Assembly: GCA_910585195.1 (NCBI GenBank)
Contig: CAJUCX010000008.1
Location: forward strand, 503 to 64,502
Direction of reading: 5' to 3'
DNA: 64,000 nt
Source of the DNA: an uncultured Christensenellaceae bacterium
Lineage (GTDB): Bacteria; Bacillota; Clostridia; Christensenellales; CAG-314
Shown: piece after piece, positions 36,340-45,972 of the stretch
Layout of the letters: every line of letters starts with the position of its first letter
Numbering within the stretch: position 1 is the first letter of the stretch
Translations under genes and position numbers: made by a program
Notes under the pieces: generated by a model
Database searches by the model: none
The model's input: the letters and a program-made list of their open reading frames with translations, nothing else
Told to the model about the DNA's origin: nothing

Positions 36340-36821
36340 TAGTCCTCCCTGAACCGTATATTCTTGTAACTCATCAACTGCCCCGTGTAGAGCAAACCTG
36401 CATTTGCAAGCACCGTTCGAGCGCGCATAGAAATACGCCTGCCGTCAATTTGGTCATACTCCATATATCTGCCGTTCAAAAAGTCAAGCCCTGACTGGTC
36501 GCCAATGTTGCCGTTAAGCCGCATATATTTTACCTGCTTAATCATTGCGGATTTAATAACTTCGCGGTATTGAGGCTTTTTTGCCAAGAGATATTCCGTC
36601 AGCATTCTGTTGCTGCTGTGCATATAAATATACTCGTAAATATCTTCGCTGACTTCGTCCAAAAAACTATTTATTTCGTTTGCCGTATTCATTGAGCCTG
36701 TCATATTCAATTCATTTTGCAAAACGAGATTTAAGCCGTTTGCGATGCCTGTTTCCGTCAAAACGTAACGGTGGCTCGTCATATCGTAACGCATCTCATT
36801 GTCGCTGTAAGGTAACTTCAT
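36336..36821 (-). CDS. Hypothetical head-completion protein (positional)
   Basis: ORF-track start 36950 overlaps the capsid gene. ATG 36821 (MKLPYSDNEMRY) follows AGGGAGAAAG. Confidence 0.5.
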   Translation of the reverse strand: MKLPYSDNEMRYDMTSHRYVLTETGIANGLNLVLQNELNMTGSMNTANEINSFLDEVSEDIYEYIYMHSSNRMLTEYLLAKKPQYREVIKSAMIKQVKYMRLNGNIGDQSGLDFLNGRYMEYDQIDGRRISMRARTVLANAGLLYTGQLMSYKNIRFREDY

Positions 36822-36915
36822 ATCTTTCTCCCTGTAATAAATTTGCTTGCCGGCGGAGTTGCACCGCCAATACTGCTGCAAACATAAAAAGGCAGATATT
36901 ACTCTGCCTTTTGTT

Positions 36916-37959
36916 TTATTCGGCTTCTTTCTCGCTAGCCGCAGCTGCACCGTTTACCTTTGTCTTGTAATCGTTGTAAAAAGCCGTTGTGCATATTACA
37001 ACAATAAACCACGGACGCAAACATTTAACCGCCCATCTGTAAAGCGGAATAATGTTTGTTTTGCTTTCTTCGCTTGACAATACAACCCTTGTACCCACTG
37101 AATAGTCGGTCGCTCTTGTAGTTGCCGTGCTATGTCCGCAAATTGCCGCTACGCCGTTGCCGATTGCATAAGGCGTACCCGCTTTTCCGTCAGAAGTTTT
37201 GTAGTTGACTTTTGAAAAGCCCAAGATTTGCGGAACTGCCTTAAACACATTGAAGTCCTTAATGCTGTTTGCGTAAAATCTGTTGAACGCCTCAATTTGC
37301 GCGCCGATATTGGAATTTAAGTTCAAACCACTGTCAATGATAGCCTGATACGCTTCGCTCGACATGATTGCAAACCTGTCTTCCACAGGGCAAGTTATGT
37401 CCTTACCCTCAAAGCCGCCGTCGAGTTTAACTTGTGCCTCGCCCAACGCTTTTGCAAGGTCTTTGCCGTAAGTTGCGCTTTCGTCAACTTGAATTACGTT
37501 GACGTCGCTGTTTGCCACAGAAAAAGCGAGTGCCGCGCCCACCATTTCGCCGAGCGTCGTTCTGTCGATTGTTCTTGCCAAGCCGTCGCTGACCTGCTCT
37601 GCGTAACTGTCGATTGTCGGCGTAGGCAACGACATTGAAAGCAAAGTCGGTACAGGTATCTTTTTGTTGTAAAGATACTTCAAGTCGATTGATTCGAGTT
37701 CGTTTTGTACGTCAAAGTCGTCAGTATTGTACCAACCGGTTTGAGTTTCGCCGAGCACCTGCGCGTCAGGGTCGTAAAGGTTGTTGCGCAAAACGTAAAC
37801 AGAGTAATTCCCTGCCGTGTCGCCCATGTAATCACCGTTTACGATTTTATTGCCCGGCGCCGTGAGCATTTTGCTTGTTAAGTTCTTCAAAATTGTTGTT
37901 GAGAGTTTGAAACCAAGTTGATTGCCTTGAAATTGTACTCCCGGATTTGGATTTGCCAT
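36916..37959 (-). CDS. Major capsid protein (positional/size assignment)
   Basis: 347 aa, immediately after an acidic scaffold-like protein. Confidence 0.6.
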   Translation of the reverse strand: MANPNPGVQFQGNQLGFKLSTTILKNLTSKMLTAPGNKIVNGDYMGDTAGNYSVYVLRNNLYDPDAQVLGETQTGWYNTDDFDVQNELESIDLKYLYNKKIPVPTLLSMSLPTPTIDSYAEQVSDGLARTIDRTTLGEMVGAALAFSVANSDVNVIQVDESATYGKDLAKALGEAQVKLDGGFEGKDITCPVEDRFAIMSSEAYQAIIDSGLNLNSNIGAQIEAFNRFYANSIKDFNVFKAVPQILGFSKVNYKTSDGKAGTPYAIGNGVAAICGHSTATTRATDYSVGTRVVLSSEESKTNIIPLYRWAVKCLRPWFIVVICTTAFYNDYKTKVNGAAAASEKEAE

Positions 37960-37980
37960 AATTATTTATTCCTCCTTAAA

Positions 37981-38433
37981 TTAAAATCTCATTTTCTTTG
38001 CCTGTTCCACATAGGACTCAGGCATTTTGTGAAAGACTCCTTCCGCAAGGTCGTCATCCCCTGTGCCAACCTCTTCGTCGGCGGCTTTTTCGTTTGCTTT
38101 TTCCAGTGCGGCAACACGCGCTTCGAGAGCAACGTACAAGGCTTTCATTTCCTCTTCTGCCGCTTTCGCGTTTTCTGCGTCTTCTTCTTCATTCGTCGCA
38201 GGCTCTTCGGGCGTGGGCGCATTGTCGCCGTAATCTTGCGGTTCTGCGTCATTTTCTCCGCCGCCTTGTTCTCCCTCTTCGCCGTTTGCTTCAGGCGCAG
38301 GCTCCTCAGGCGTCTCTTTTGGCGGCTCTCCGCCGCTGAGACTTTCAATTAATACCGCTTTTTCTTCGTCGGTAAGTTCCTTTGCCGCTTCCATCAATTC
38401 CTCGATAGTAGCCTTTTTCTTAAAAATTCCCAT
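37981..38433 (-). CDS. Scaffolding protein
   Basis: Highly acidic E/A/P-rich helical protein. ATG 38433 (MGIFKKK) follows AAGGAGGG. Confidence 0.6.
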   Translation of the reverse strand: MGIFKKKATIEELMEAAKELTDEEKAVLIESLSGGEPPKETPEEPAPEANGEEGEQGGGENDAEPQDYGDNAPTPEEPATNEEEDAENAKAAEEEMKALYVALEARVAALEKANEKAADEEVGTGDDDLAEGVFHKMPESYVEQAKKMRF

Positions 38434-38450
38434 TTTTCTTTTTCCCTCCT

Positions 38451-38732
38451 TTATTTCAAAATGGTTTTTGTAAAATAGTTTTTTGCGCGCCACATGGCAT
38501 CATTTTGCATATTTACGATTCTTTCGCATTCTTCTGCAAGATTTACAAAAGACCGTATTGCAGCGTTGTATTTTTCCATGTACGCGGCAACCTTATCGTT
38601 GACAGTCATTTCGCTGTCTTCCTTTAACTTTTTCGCCGTTTCTTCGTAATCTGCAATGTTCTTGTTTGCGACTGACAATTTTTCTATCAGTTCGCTAAAC
38701 GGACATTGCGGCTTATCCGACTTTTTGCTCAT
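38451..38732 (-). CDS. Hypothetical protein
   Basis: 93-aa ORF between the MuF-like and scaffold genes. Confidence 0.45.
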   Translation of the reverse strand: MSKKSDKPQCPFSELIEKLSVANKNIADYEETAKKLKEDSEMTVNDKVAAYMEKYNAAIRSFVNLAEECERIVNMQNDAMWRAKNYFTKTILK

Positions 38733-39789
38733 CTTCTACCTCCTTTTTGTTGAATAATATCTTTACCCTGTCGGGGTAATAAGCACGTTTGTTTGTTTTA
38801 GAAAAGGCGATGTACTCTTTGTTGAGTTCTATCGCCCTTTTTCTCGCTCTCTTCCTTTTTTCTTTGTCTTCGTCAAACAAAGCAATCGACTTGTATTTTC
38901 GTATATTATCTTCATACTGCCGTTGTTTTGTGTTTATCTTGTTTTCCCTTTCCTGCTGCTCCTTGCTGACGAACGGTATTCTCATGTATGGCACATACTC
39001 GTAAATTTCGTGCCGACAATTAAAGCCAAGTAAACCGTTTTTGTACGTCTTACCTGCCTTGGTCGTGTAATAAATATCCGTTGCCTTTTCTATCGGTATA
39101 TATTGCCTGCCGTCTACCGTTGTACCGTACGTGCCGTCCAAACTATACACACGCCCTTGCCACGGATAACACCTGTCAGAGCAATCGGCATGAACACTGC
39201 ACACAACAAGTTTTACGCCTCGCGCCCGAAGTTCTTCCAATTTTCTTTCGTGCGACTCAAAGCGTACTTGCATTTCCGCCTTGTTTCGCAATGAGTTTCT
39301 TCCTGTAACGTCATCGGGGTCAAGTCCTTTTGCTTTTGCAAGTTCTTTCATAACAAAGTTGACTTGCTTCATATAGTTTTTGCTATATATCTGCAACGGC
39401 ACGCCCTTGCCAACAGGCTCTTCTACGCTGAAGTCAATACCTGTCCCTGCCAAAACCGCAGCAGTTCCGCCGCGATTTGCCTGCGCAGGCGACAGTTTGC
39501 TCTTTTTTGCCAACGCTATACAAGCCGCTAAAAGCGCGCCGTTCGCCCCGAATGCTTTTTGCAAGTCAGCGAGCGTTTTGTCAGCTAACTTCCACAACGA
39601 TTTAATTGTCGGCTCGACGAGTGCCTTGCTTTGCAGTTTTTTGACTGTCTTTTGTAAATAGTCCGTAATCGCTCTTTGAATTTCCGCTCGTGTCTTGCCT
39701 TGCATATACATTCGCTTTACAATCAACTTGACGTCGGTTTCAGCGTCTTCTAAAAGCATTGCGTCGGGACTTAAACTTCGTGTTATCAT
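38713..39789 (-). CDS. Head morphogenesis protein (SPP1 gp7 / Mu F-like)
   Basis: 358 aa, directly after the portal gene. Contains VVCSVHADCSDRCYPWQGRVYS...GFNCRH, as in Mu F-family minor head proteins. Confidence 0.6.
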   Translation of the reverse strand: MITRSLSPDAMLLEDAETDVKLIVKRMYMQGKTRAEIQRAITDYLQKTVKKLQSKALVEPTIKSLWKLADKTLADLQKAFGANGALLAACIALAKKSKLSPAQANRGGTAAVLAGTGIDFSVEEPVGKGVPLQIYSKNYMKQVNFVMKELAKAKGLDPDDVTGRNSLRNKAEMQVRFESHERKLEELRARGVKLVVCSVHADCSDRCYPWQGRVYSLDGTYGTTVDGRQYIPIEKATDIYYTTKAGKTYKNGLLGFNCRHEIYEYVPYMRIPFVSKEQQERENKINTKQRQYEDNIRKYKSIALFDEDKEKRKRARKRAIELNKEYIAFSKTNKRAYYPDRVKILFNKKEVEDEQKVG

Positions 39790-41453
39790 GCGTAACCACT
39801 ACCTAACCTTTTTGCCAATTCTTCAAGGTCTGCGTCGCTGTCGCTTTCGTTGTCGGCAAAGCCAAGTCCGCCGTTGCTTTCTTCTATCTTCTGCACTTCC
39901 TTGTCTATGTCGCTCTTGCCGTCGTTTGCATTGATTTTTGCAACCGCGCTTTCCTTTGACCTTATGCCTGCCGCAAATTCGCTTACAGCCATTTGACTTA
40001 CTAGCAACGCATTTGACAAATTGCCGTTGGTAAACTTCATATGAATTTTGTTTTCTTTCAAATTAAAGTAGTGATAAAGCACTACGCCTATCGCCCAGTC
40101 GGCAACCTTTACGATTCCTTTACGCTTCTGCTGCACAAAGGTTATAAGATTTTGCTCGTCTGCTATAACTTCCGTCGCCGTCTTTGCGTGTCCGCTCTCG
40201 TCAATCGTCGGGTCTATGCTGCCGGGATTTATTCCTATTGCGTTAAAAATGCAAATGCGCTGACCTTTAAGACTTTGTAAATGCTGCTCGATACGCATAT
40301 CGAACTGAATCGGCTCCGGCTTTATGTTCTCAGGATTTGCTACAGGGATTTTGCGGTATACCTTGCTGTTTAGCATATTCTGCCTTGACAGTGCGCTTGC
40401 AAGCTGTGCCATAGCGCTGTCGCCCTGATACAACTGCGACAACTGCGCGTCCATACTGTCAGGTATCAGGACCTGACCGCGACCCAATGCAATGTCATTA
40501 ATCATTGTGGTATAACTTCTGTCATACTCGAACAACTGTTCTACCGCAGGTGCAAGTATGCTATCGGAATAACCGGGCATATCGAAATAGGCTGACGATT
40601 TCGTGTTATTGAGTATTTTTACGCCTAGCGGACACCTGTCGCCGAAATGCAATTCTACGGGCTTATTCAAACGGTTGCCAATCTTACGGTTGATTGCCTT
40701 TGCTACTTTCTCTGGCATATCGTCATACGTTAAGCCGACAGGGTTTGTATCAACAATAGAATTTATATCGCCGTTGCCCTGCTGAAATACTCGCAGTATC
40801 GAATAGGCTTTTCCGTTTGACTTGTAGCGATAGTCTTCCAATACGTACATATCCGCAGCCGCTTCGCCTTGCAATATGCTGCCGCTGTCGATTGAGTTAT
40901 ACACCGATGAAAAAAGCCTTATGCTGTCAAGACGGTTATCTACGAACGTCGGCAAATACTTATCTTCGCGATAAGCAGAAAAATACAAATTGCCGTCCCT
41001 GTCTACCTTTGCCACAAATGCCGACGCGCCGCTCGCCATTGCGTTCCAACTCAATCGCTCCAACTGGTCTTCGAACTCGGGGTTCTTCTCGTCTAAGTAC
41101 GTGTTTATAAGCCATTTGCGTTTATCTTCTATCTCGTCCTCCGACAATTTATCTTCCGCCTCGAACAGCAGTTGCCCCGAAAAGATTTTGTTGTTTATCG
41201 TGTTTATTATCGTGTTGCCCAGTTTCGTCGGAATAAAACTTGCGTGCCATTCAGGCACAAAACCGTTTGCAATCAGTAGCCACAGCCTTTTTAACTGATA
41301 CGCAGGCTGCTTGTAACTCGGTATCTGTGCAAGATACTTCCAGTCGACGTTTGTCATATACTGGTAAATAAAATCAAACTTTAAGGCAGGCGGTACAAAT
41401 GCGTCTTCTACTCCGCCCTCCATAAATTGCGCGCTGTTTTCTAAACTTTCCAT
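39786..41453 (-). CDS. Portal protein
   Basis: 555 aa, immediately downstream of terL, with an acidic C-terminus. Confidence 0.7.
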   Translation of the reverse strand: MESLENSAQFMEGGVEDAFVPPALKFDFIYQYMTNVDWKYLAQIPSYKQPAYQLKRLWLLIANGFVPEWHASFIPTKLGNTIINTINNKIFSGQLLFEAEDKLSEDEIEDKRKWLINTYLDEKNPEFEDQLERLSWNAMASGASAFVAKVDRDGNLYFSAYREDKYLPTFVDNRLDSIRLFSSVYNSIDSGSILQGEAAADMYVLEDYRYKSNGKAYSILRVFQQGNGDINSIVDTNPVGLTYDDMPEKVAKAINRKIGNRLNKPVELHFGDRCPLGVKILNNTKSSAYFDMPGYSDSILAPAVEQLFEYDRSYTTMINDIALGRGQVLIPDSMDAQLSQLYQGDSAMAQLASALSRQNMLNSKVYRKIPVANPENIKPEPIQFDMRIEQHLQSLKGQRICIFNAIGINPGSIDPTIDESGHAKTATEVIADEQNLITFVQQKRKGIVKVADWAIGVVLYHYFNLKENKIHMKFTNGNLSNALLVSQMAVSEFAAGIRSKESAVAKINANDGKSDIDKEVQKIEESNGGLGFADNESDSDADLEELAKRLGSGYA

Positions 41454-41463
41454 ATTCTCTCCT

Positions 41464-42849
41464 TTATCCGTTGATTATCAGTTTCTGTGCGTACTCGAAC
41501 TGATGCGTCAGTTGCGGATTTGTAAAATAATGCGTTGCATATCTCAACGCGTCTATGCAGTCTTGTTTCTGCCCTTCGGGTATAACTCCGCTCTTTTTCT
41601 TTCTGTCGTCGTCCGTTCCCCAAGACAGCGTTTCAAGTTCGCGTATAAGCGGATTTAACCTTGACGGTTTGCCTGTCAACGGACAGCGGTAATTGAAATC
41701 TTCCAAAATATAAAGCGTGCCGTTCTCCCACAAATCTTGCAGAGCCCACACGCTTTCTATAATTGCAGTCTTTTTGATTATCTGAGTTTTTAACCCTGTT
41801 TGGTAACTCATTTCGCGCCGTAACGGTGCACCTGCAGGGTCAAAGATTATAAAGGTCTTAGACAGGTCAAACGCCCATCTCGTTCCTTTAAGACCTTTTA
41901 GCCAGCGGTTTATCAATGATACCTGCGCAGACGGTGCAAGCGGTGAACAACCCGATGCCGTCGGGTCATAATAGAATACTTTGCCAACAACCGCGCGACC
42001 TAGCGAAGTTATGTGCACAGGCACGCCTGCCGTTGCGTCGTTTTCCGTCGCAGGGTCGATTGCAAAGATTGTACGCAATATCCTTTCGCCTTTGTTGAGC
42101 GATTGTATGACGTGAGTCTTGCGCCTGAACATACCAAACACAAGTCCGTCGGTGCTTGTACCTTCGCCCAAATACTCGTGCTTGTACGCCGTAGGGTTTG
42201 TCCGCTTTAACTCTTCCGCCTCTTCATAAAAAGTTTTACCCAACCACTCTTTATTTTTGACCGCAAGATAGCAGGAAAAATGCTTGCGCGCGTCCGTCTT
42301 ACCGTTGGCAAACTCGTATATCCAATGCTGCAACAGTCGTGGCGGATTCCAACTGTAAAAGGTCATCGTGTTTCCGTTGTAACCACGGAATACCGATTGC
42401 TTGACGTTTCTCAGTTCTGCCGCATCTCTAAACTGGTCGGCTTCTTCAAACCAAAGAAACTTCCAATATTTATTCTTAGGCGCCTTGATTGACTTTACCT
42501 TGCCGGCTGTGTCCAAGCCTTTGAAAATTATTACTTGCCCTGTGCGCTGATTTATTGCGCGGTAAGTCGACTTAACAAAATGCCACTCGTCTTCCAACCC
42601 GAGCACCGCAACCGCCCACTGCATTTGCTCATACACCGTAAGTTCCACCGTATTCAAAAACTTACGATAAACAACGGCGCAGGCGTTTTCGTCTCTTATG
42701 AGCCCGAGTATTATCTCCAACGAAATAAAACTCGATTTGATTGAACCGCGTCCGCCGTACAATAAAAAATCACGGTATCGCTCTTGCTTGATATCGTGAT
42801 GAAGCAAATTGTATTGTGGGTCGAGCAAATCCGATAAACTAACTAGCAT
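41464..42849 (-). CDS. terL: Terminase large subunit (PBSX-type)
   Basis: Walker A YGGRGSIKS and Walker B-like FLWFEEADQF, plus a C-terminal nuclease region (IFAIDPA...DCIDALRY). Confidence 0.85.
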   Translation of the reverse strand: MLVSLSDLLDPQYNLLHHDIKQERYRDFLLYGGRGSIKSSFISLEIILGLIRDENACAVVYRKFLNTVELTVYEQMQWAVAVLGLEDEWHFVKSTYRAINQRTGQVIIFKGLDTAGKVKSIKAPKNKYWKFLWFEEADQFRDAAELRNVKQSVFRGYNGNTMTFYSWNPPRLLQHWIYEFANGKTDARKHFSCYLAVKNKEWLGKTFYEEAEELKRTNPTAYKHEYLGEGTSTDGLVFGMFRRKTHVIQSLNKGERILRTIFAIDPATENDATAGVPVHITSLGRAVVGKVFYYDPTASGCSPLAPSAQVSLINRWLKGLKGTRWAFDLSKTFIIFDPAGAPLRREMSYQTGLKTQIIKKTAIIESVWALQDLWENGTLYILEDFNYRCPLTGKPSRLNPLIRELETLSWGTDDDRKKKSGVIPEGQKQDCIDALRYATHYFTNPQLTHQFEYAQKLIING

Positions 42850-43267
42850 TGCATTCCGCCAGACATTCGTTTGCCGTCTGCATAAGCGTGTCTTCCGACA
42901 TTACTTTGCCGAAACCGTTTTGCTTGCTGTACTCCGCAATAACCGCCTTAATTTTCTTGTTGCCCTCTTCTTCGCTGTTTGCGCCGATAATCGCTATGTA
43001 CTCCAACTTGTCTGTGGAAAACGGCACTAGTTCCCGTCCGTCCTTTTCTAGCATTATACGGCAAAAGCGCATTGTATAATCATACTGCTCGGCTGTGTCA
43101 ATCGCTACAGGCACAAGCCTTATCTCCGCGCCGTTTCTATCTTCCGTCTCATCTTTGCCAACAACGGTTTTTATTGCCACGCAATACTGCGCGTTTATTT
43201 TTTTTAGATACTTAATTCTGTTCAATATCTGCGTCTTGTTTAACATATTCCTCACCTTCCTCCTCAA
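42839..43267 (-). CDS. Hypothetical protein
   Basis: 142-aa ORF between terS and terL; its 5' end overlaps terS, so the start is uncertain. Confidence 0.4.
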   Translation of the reverse strand: MRRKVRNMLNKTQILNRIKYLKKINAQYCVAIKTVVGKDETEDRNGAEIRLVPVAIDTAEQYDYTMRFCRIMLEKDGRELVPFSTDKLEYIAIIGANSEEEGNKKIKAVIAEYSKQNGFGKVMSEDTLMQTANECLAECNAS

Positions 43268-43625
43268 TATTATCTACGATTATTACTTTTGAATTTATAT
43301 TCTCTTCAACGTTTGGCTCAACCTTATCTCGCCACTTATTTGGTCTGCGGTTTTTAAGCCAAAAAATTTGCGCCGTAATATTTCCCCCTAGCGCATTTTT
43401 TAACAAGGCATTTTCAACTTGCCCGTCAACATATTCCTTTGTCTTTTTTAGGACTTCCGAAAACTCCGAAAACTCTTTTTTATATTCCGAAAAAGATGAC
43501 ATTGCAATGCCGAGTCTTTCCGCCACTTCTTTATCAGTTGCACCGTTTCTGCACCAATCTTCTATTTCGTCAAATCTAGGCAGAACGTGCGTTTCATATT
43601 TACTTGGTCTGCCCAAACTTAACAC
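43212..43625 (-). CDS. terS: Terminase small subunit
   Basis: GRPSKYETHVLPRFDEIEDWCRNGATDKEVAERLGI (HTH) and AQIFWLKNRRPNKWRDK. Confidence 0.75.
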   Translation of the reverse strand: MLSLGRPSKYETHVLPRFDEIEDWCRNGATDKEVAERLGIAMSSFSEYKKEFSEFSEVLKKTKEYVDGQVENALLKNALGGNITAQIFWLKNRRPNKWRDKVEPNVEENINSKVIIVDNIEEEGEEYVKQDADIEQN

Positions 43626-43636
43626 CTCCTAAATTT

Positions 43637-44050
43637 TTAACAGACTTTCAACAACCCTTCCTGTAAAGCAACCATCGCCGCATAAGTCAAGATTTCGTCA
43701 GCCCATCGAAATATTGCGCGACGCTCGACAAAAAACTTTTCGCACAGTTGATATTCGCTATTTTTCAAAAAGTACTTTGCCTTGATAAAATCATCTTTGC
43801 CGCTGCCGTCATAATGCTCCAATGTTTTATCTACGACACCAAGCCATTTTTGCGTTTCCTCACTGGCGGCAAGCGCTTTTATGATGGCGTTTTCATACCC
43901 GTTCTGTTTAGGCTCCTGAACCGAGATTTTGCCGTAATGTGCTGTTACTCTTTTTTCGGCAACATCTTCTGCTTTTTCGTCTGCAAGTTTTTTTAACGTT
44001 TTATAATTATAGAAAAAGTATTCCACTTCTTTTTTCATTGCGCGTTCCAT
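43637..44050 (-). CDS. RinA/ArpU-like phage late transcriptional activator (tentative)
   Basis: 137 aa. Begins EVEYFFYNYKTLKKL, typical of RinA-type regulators. First gene of the packaging operon. Confidence 0.5.
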   Translation of the reverse strand: MERAMKKEVEYFFYNYKTLKKLADEKAEDVAEKRVTAHYGKISVQEPKQNGYENAIIKALAASEETQKWLGVVDKTLEHYDGSGKDDFIKAKYFLKNSEYQLCEKFFVERRAIFRWADEILTYAAMVALQEGLLKVC

Positions 44051-44088
44051 AATAATTCCACCTTCGTATTTATATAAATTTTTTTGTA

Positions 44089-44113
44089 TAAAAAAAGACA
44101 GTCAACTGACTGC
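44089..44113 (-). terminator. Weak terminator upstream of the late operon
   Basis: Minus strand: cagtc-agtt-gactg followed by a T7 run. Confidence 0.4.
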
Positions 44114-44129
44114 CTAAATGCTCTTTAAG

Positions 44130-44393
44130 TTATTGTAAATATTCTTTATCAATATCAAAATCAAGTCCGTATTGCTTGAATAATTCTTGATATTCTTCAT
44201 CTGTGTCAAGCGGATGCCATGACATAATCGTTCTTTTTATTGATGATAGCGCTTGAGCAAGACCTAATAACCAATAATAATCAAGTGTTTTTTGCTTTTC
44301 ATTCTTTTCTTGTGATAATGTCTGCTTATGTTCTAATATTTCAATTTTTAATTGTTTTATAATATCTAACAACATTTCATTTATTTGGCTCAT
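44130..44393 (-). CDS. Hypothetical protein
   Basis: 87-aa AT-rich ORF. Confidence 0.45.
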   Translation of the reverse strand: MSQINEMLLDIIKQLKIEILEHKQTLSQEKNEKQKTLDYYWLLGLAQALSSIKRTIMSWHPLDTDEEYQELFKQYGLDFDIDKEYLQ

Positions 44394-44859
44394 GTAATAT
44401 CTCCTTAATTTCTTTTAGTCGCCGCTCTGCTTCAATAATCTCTTTTTTCCAATAATTGATTAGTCCATTCTGTTCTTGTTGGGTTTTTTGTTCCCAATTT
44501 TCTATGTATTTCTTTGGATTGGAAATTTTTTCTTTATGTATATCAATTACTTTTTTATATGAGCGCCTACTTTTACATAACTCTTTTTCACTCTGCTCTG
44601 AAAGTTTTGCTGCAAATAATTGAATATGCATTTTTGTCATATGAACTTTTTTTCCACTTTGTATATCATATCTTCCTGTCTTACAAATAAGTTCATTATA
44701 TCTTTCTATCATTTGATTGCCTTGCATGTGGTCTGAACTAATGCCTTTGTCTTTTAATATTGCTTTTGCAACTTCTTCTTGATATGCTTTTTGACTATTT
44801 TGTTCGGTGAACTTTCCGTCATCATCGCGTTTGTGTTTACTCTCGTCCCACTGCGCCAT
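44377..44859 (-). CDS. Hypothetical protein sharing an N-terminal module with 30579-31202
   Basis: ATG 44859 (MAQWDESKHKRDDDGKF) follows AGAGGTGG. Contains ILKDKGISSDHMQGNQMIERYNELICKTGRYDI. Confidence 0.55.
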   Translation of the reverse strand: MAQWDESKHKRDDDGKFTEQNSQKAYQEEVAKAILKDKGISSDHMQGNQMIERYNELICKTGRYDIQSGKKVHMTKMHIQLFAAKLSEQSEKELCKSRRSYKKVIDIHKEKISNPKKYIENWEQKTQQEQNGLINYWKKEIIEAERRLKEIKEILHEPNK

Positions 44860-44896
44860 TATTTTACCACCTCTTTCATAAACTTTCAATAGCAAA

Positions 44897-44930
44897 TAAA
44901 AAACGGCAGCTGTTTGCTACCGTCTTTTTT
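44897..44930. terminator. Bidirectional terminator separating the early/middle and late regions
   Basis: aaaaaa-acggcagc-tgttt-gctaccgt-cttttttc (one mismatch in the stem). Confidence 0.6.
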
Positions 44931-44954
44931 CAACAATAGCATTATAACACACTC

Positions 44955-45398
44955 TTAGGGGACATTTGGGGACATCTTTTCACAATATGCAAATAATGCC
45001 CTATGGTGCAACCGCTTAACTTGCCTATAAGAGTAATTACATTCAACCGCAATCTTCTCAAAACTCTTCCGCTCAATATACCGTTTATGCAATATATCCG
45101 CAAACATACCCGACAGCCTGTTTATCTTCTGCTCAATCTCGTTTTGCCGCTCTGACATCTCCCAAATTGTAGCCGCTATTTCGTGCTCTAACGCCGCGCA
45201 TTTGTCTATGTAGATTTCTAATCTGTCCGTTTGTTTCTGTCCGCCGCTGACCCGCTCACCGCCTGCAAAGACTTTTATTGCCTGCATCCGCGTGCGCAGT
45301 TCTTCCAAGTTGCTTTTTAGGTTCTGACCTTTGCGCAATAAATCGTAATACTGATTAAGTTCTTGCTTTGCGCTTTGTATTTTTTCTTGCTCTGTCAT
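44955..45398 (-). CDS. Sigma-70 region-4-like phage transcriptional regulator (DUF1492-like)
   Basis: C-terminus ILHKRYIERKSFEKIAVECNYSYRQVKRLHHRAL. ATG 45398 follows AAAGGAG. Confidence 0.6.
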   Translation of the reverse strand: MTEQEKIQSAKQELNQYYDLLRKGQNLKSNLEELRTRMQAIKVFAGGERVSGGQKQTDRLEIYIDKCAALEHEIAATIWEMSERQNEIEQKINRLSGMFADILHKRYIERKSFEKIAVECNYSYRQVKRLHHRALFAYCEKMSPNVP

Positions 45399-45399
45399 A

Positions 45400-45756
45400 T
45401 TATGCACTCCTTTCAATTTTTTCTTCTACAAACTCCGCAACCAAACAAATAAACATATACACCCTTATTGCATCATGACTTGTAAAACATTCAACGTTAA
45501 ACTTTTTGTTTAACACTGCGAGACCGTTATTGTTGATTATTATCCGTAGCGCATGCCGCATTAAAGAATTAACGTTCTTTGCATTTGTGCCATGTTCATC
45601 CGCCACCATTCTCAAACAGCCTGTACAGTTAAGGGTAGGATTTAATAATTTCGCATATATTGCATCTCTCAAAAAAACATACCCGCGCACATTTGGATAC
45701 AAATGCGCTTCTTTTAACAACTGTCCAATTTCCACTTTTAGGTTTTTCTCACTCAT
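45400..45756 (-). CDS. Spo0A C-terminal (DNA-binding) domain-like protein
   Basis: 118 aa. VRGYVFLRDAIYAKL...HGTNAKNVNSLMRHALRII parallels Spo0A IKGYLYLREAISMV...NTTASRVERAIRHAIEV. No receiver domain. Confidence 0.6.
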   Translation of the reverse strand: MSEKNLKVEIGQLLKEAHLYPNVRGYVFLRDAIYAKLLNPTLNCTGCLRMVADEHGTNAKNVNSLMRHALRIIINNNGLAVLNKKFNVECFTSHDAIRVYMFICLVAEFVEEKIERSA

Positions 45757-45768
45757 ATCTTTTTCTCC

Positions 45769-45972
45769 TTACAAAATTATTGATAACGTATATCCAACCA
45801 TTACAATTTCACATATACAAATTGCAATGATTGCCGCAAACCCAACCGTGCCGGTCTGCCATTCCAAAACGTCTATCACCAACAGCCCTGCGCAAAGTGC
45901 GATTATCGTCGCTAAAATTATGTAAATCATTCGCCGCAGGTCTCCTTGACAAGTTGGTCTATATCTTCGCAC
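45769..45972 (-). CDS. Small membrane protein
   Basis: 67 aa with two hydrophobic helices. Confidence 0.4.
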   Translation of the reverse strand: MRRYRPTCQGDLRRMIYIILATIIALCAGLLVIDVLEWQTGTVGFAAIIAICICEIVMVGYTLSIIL

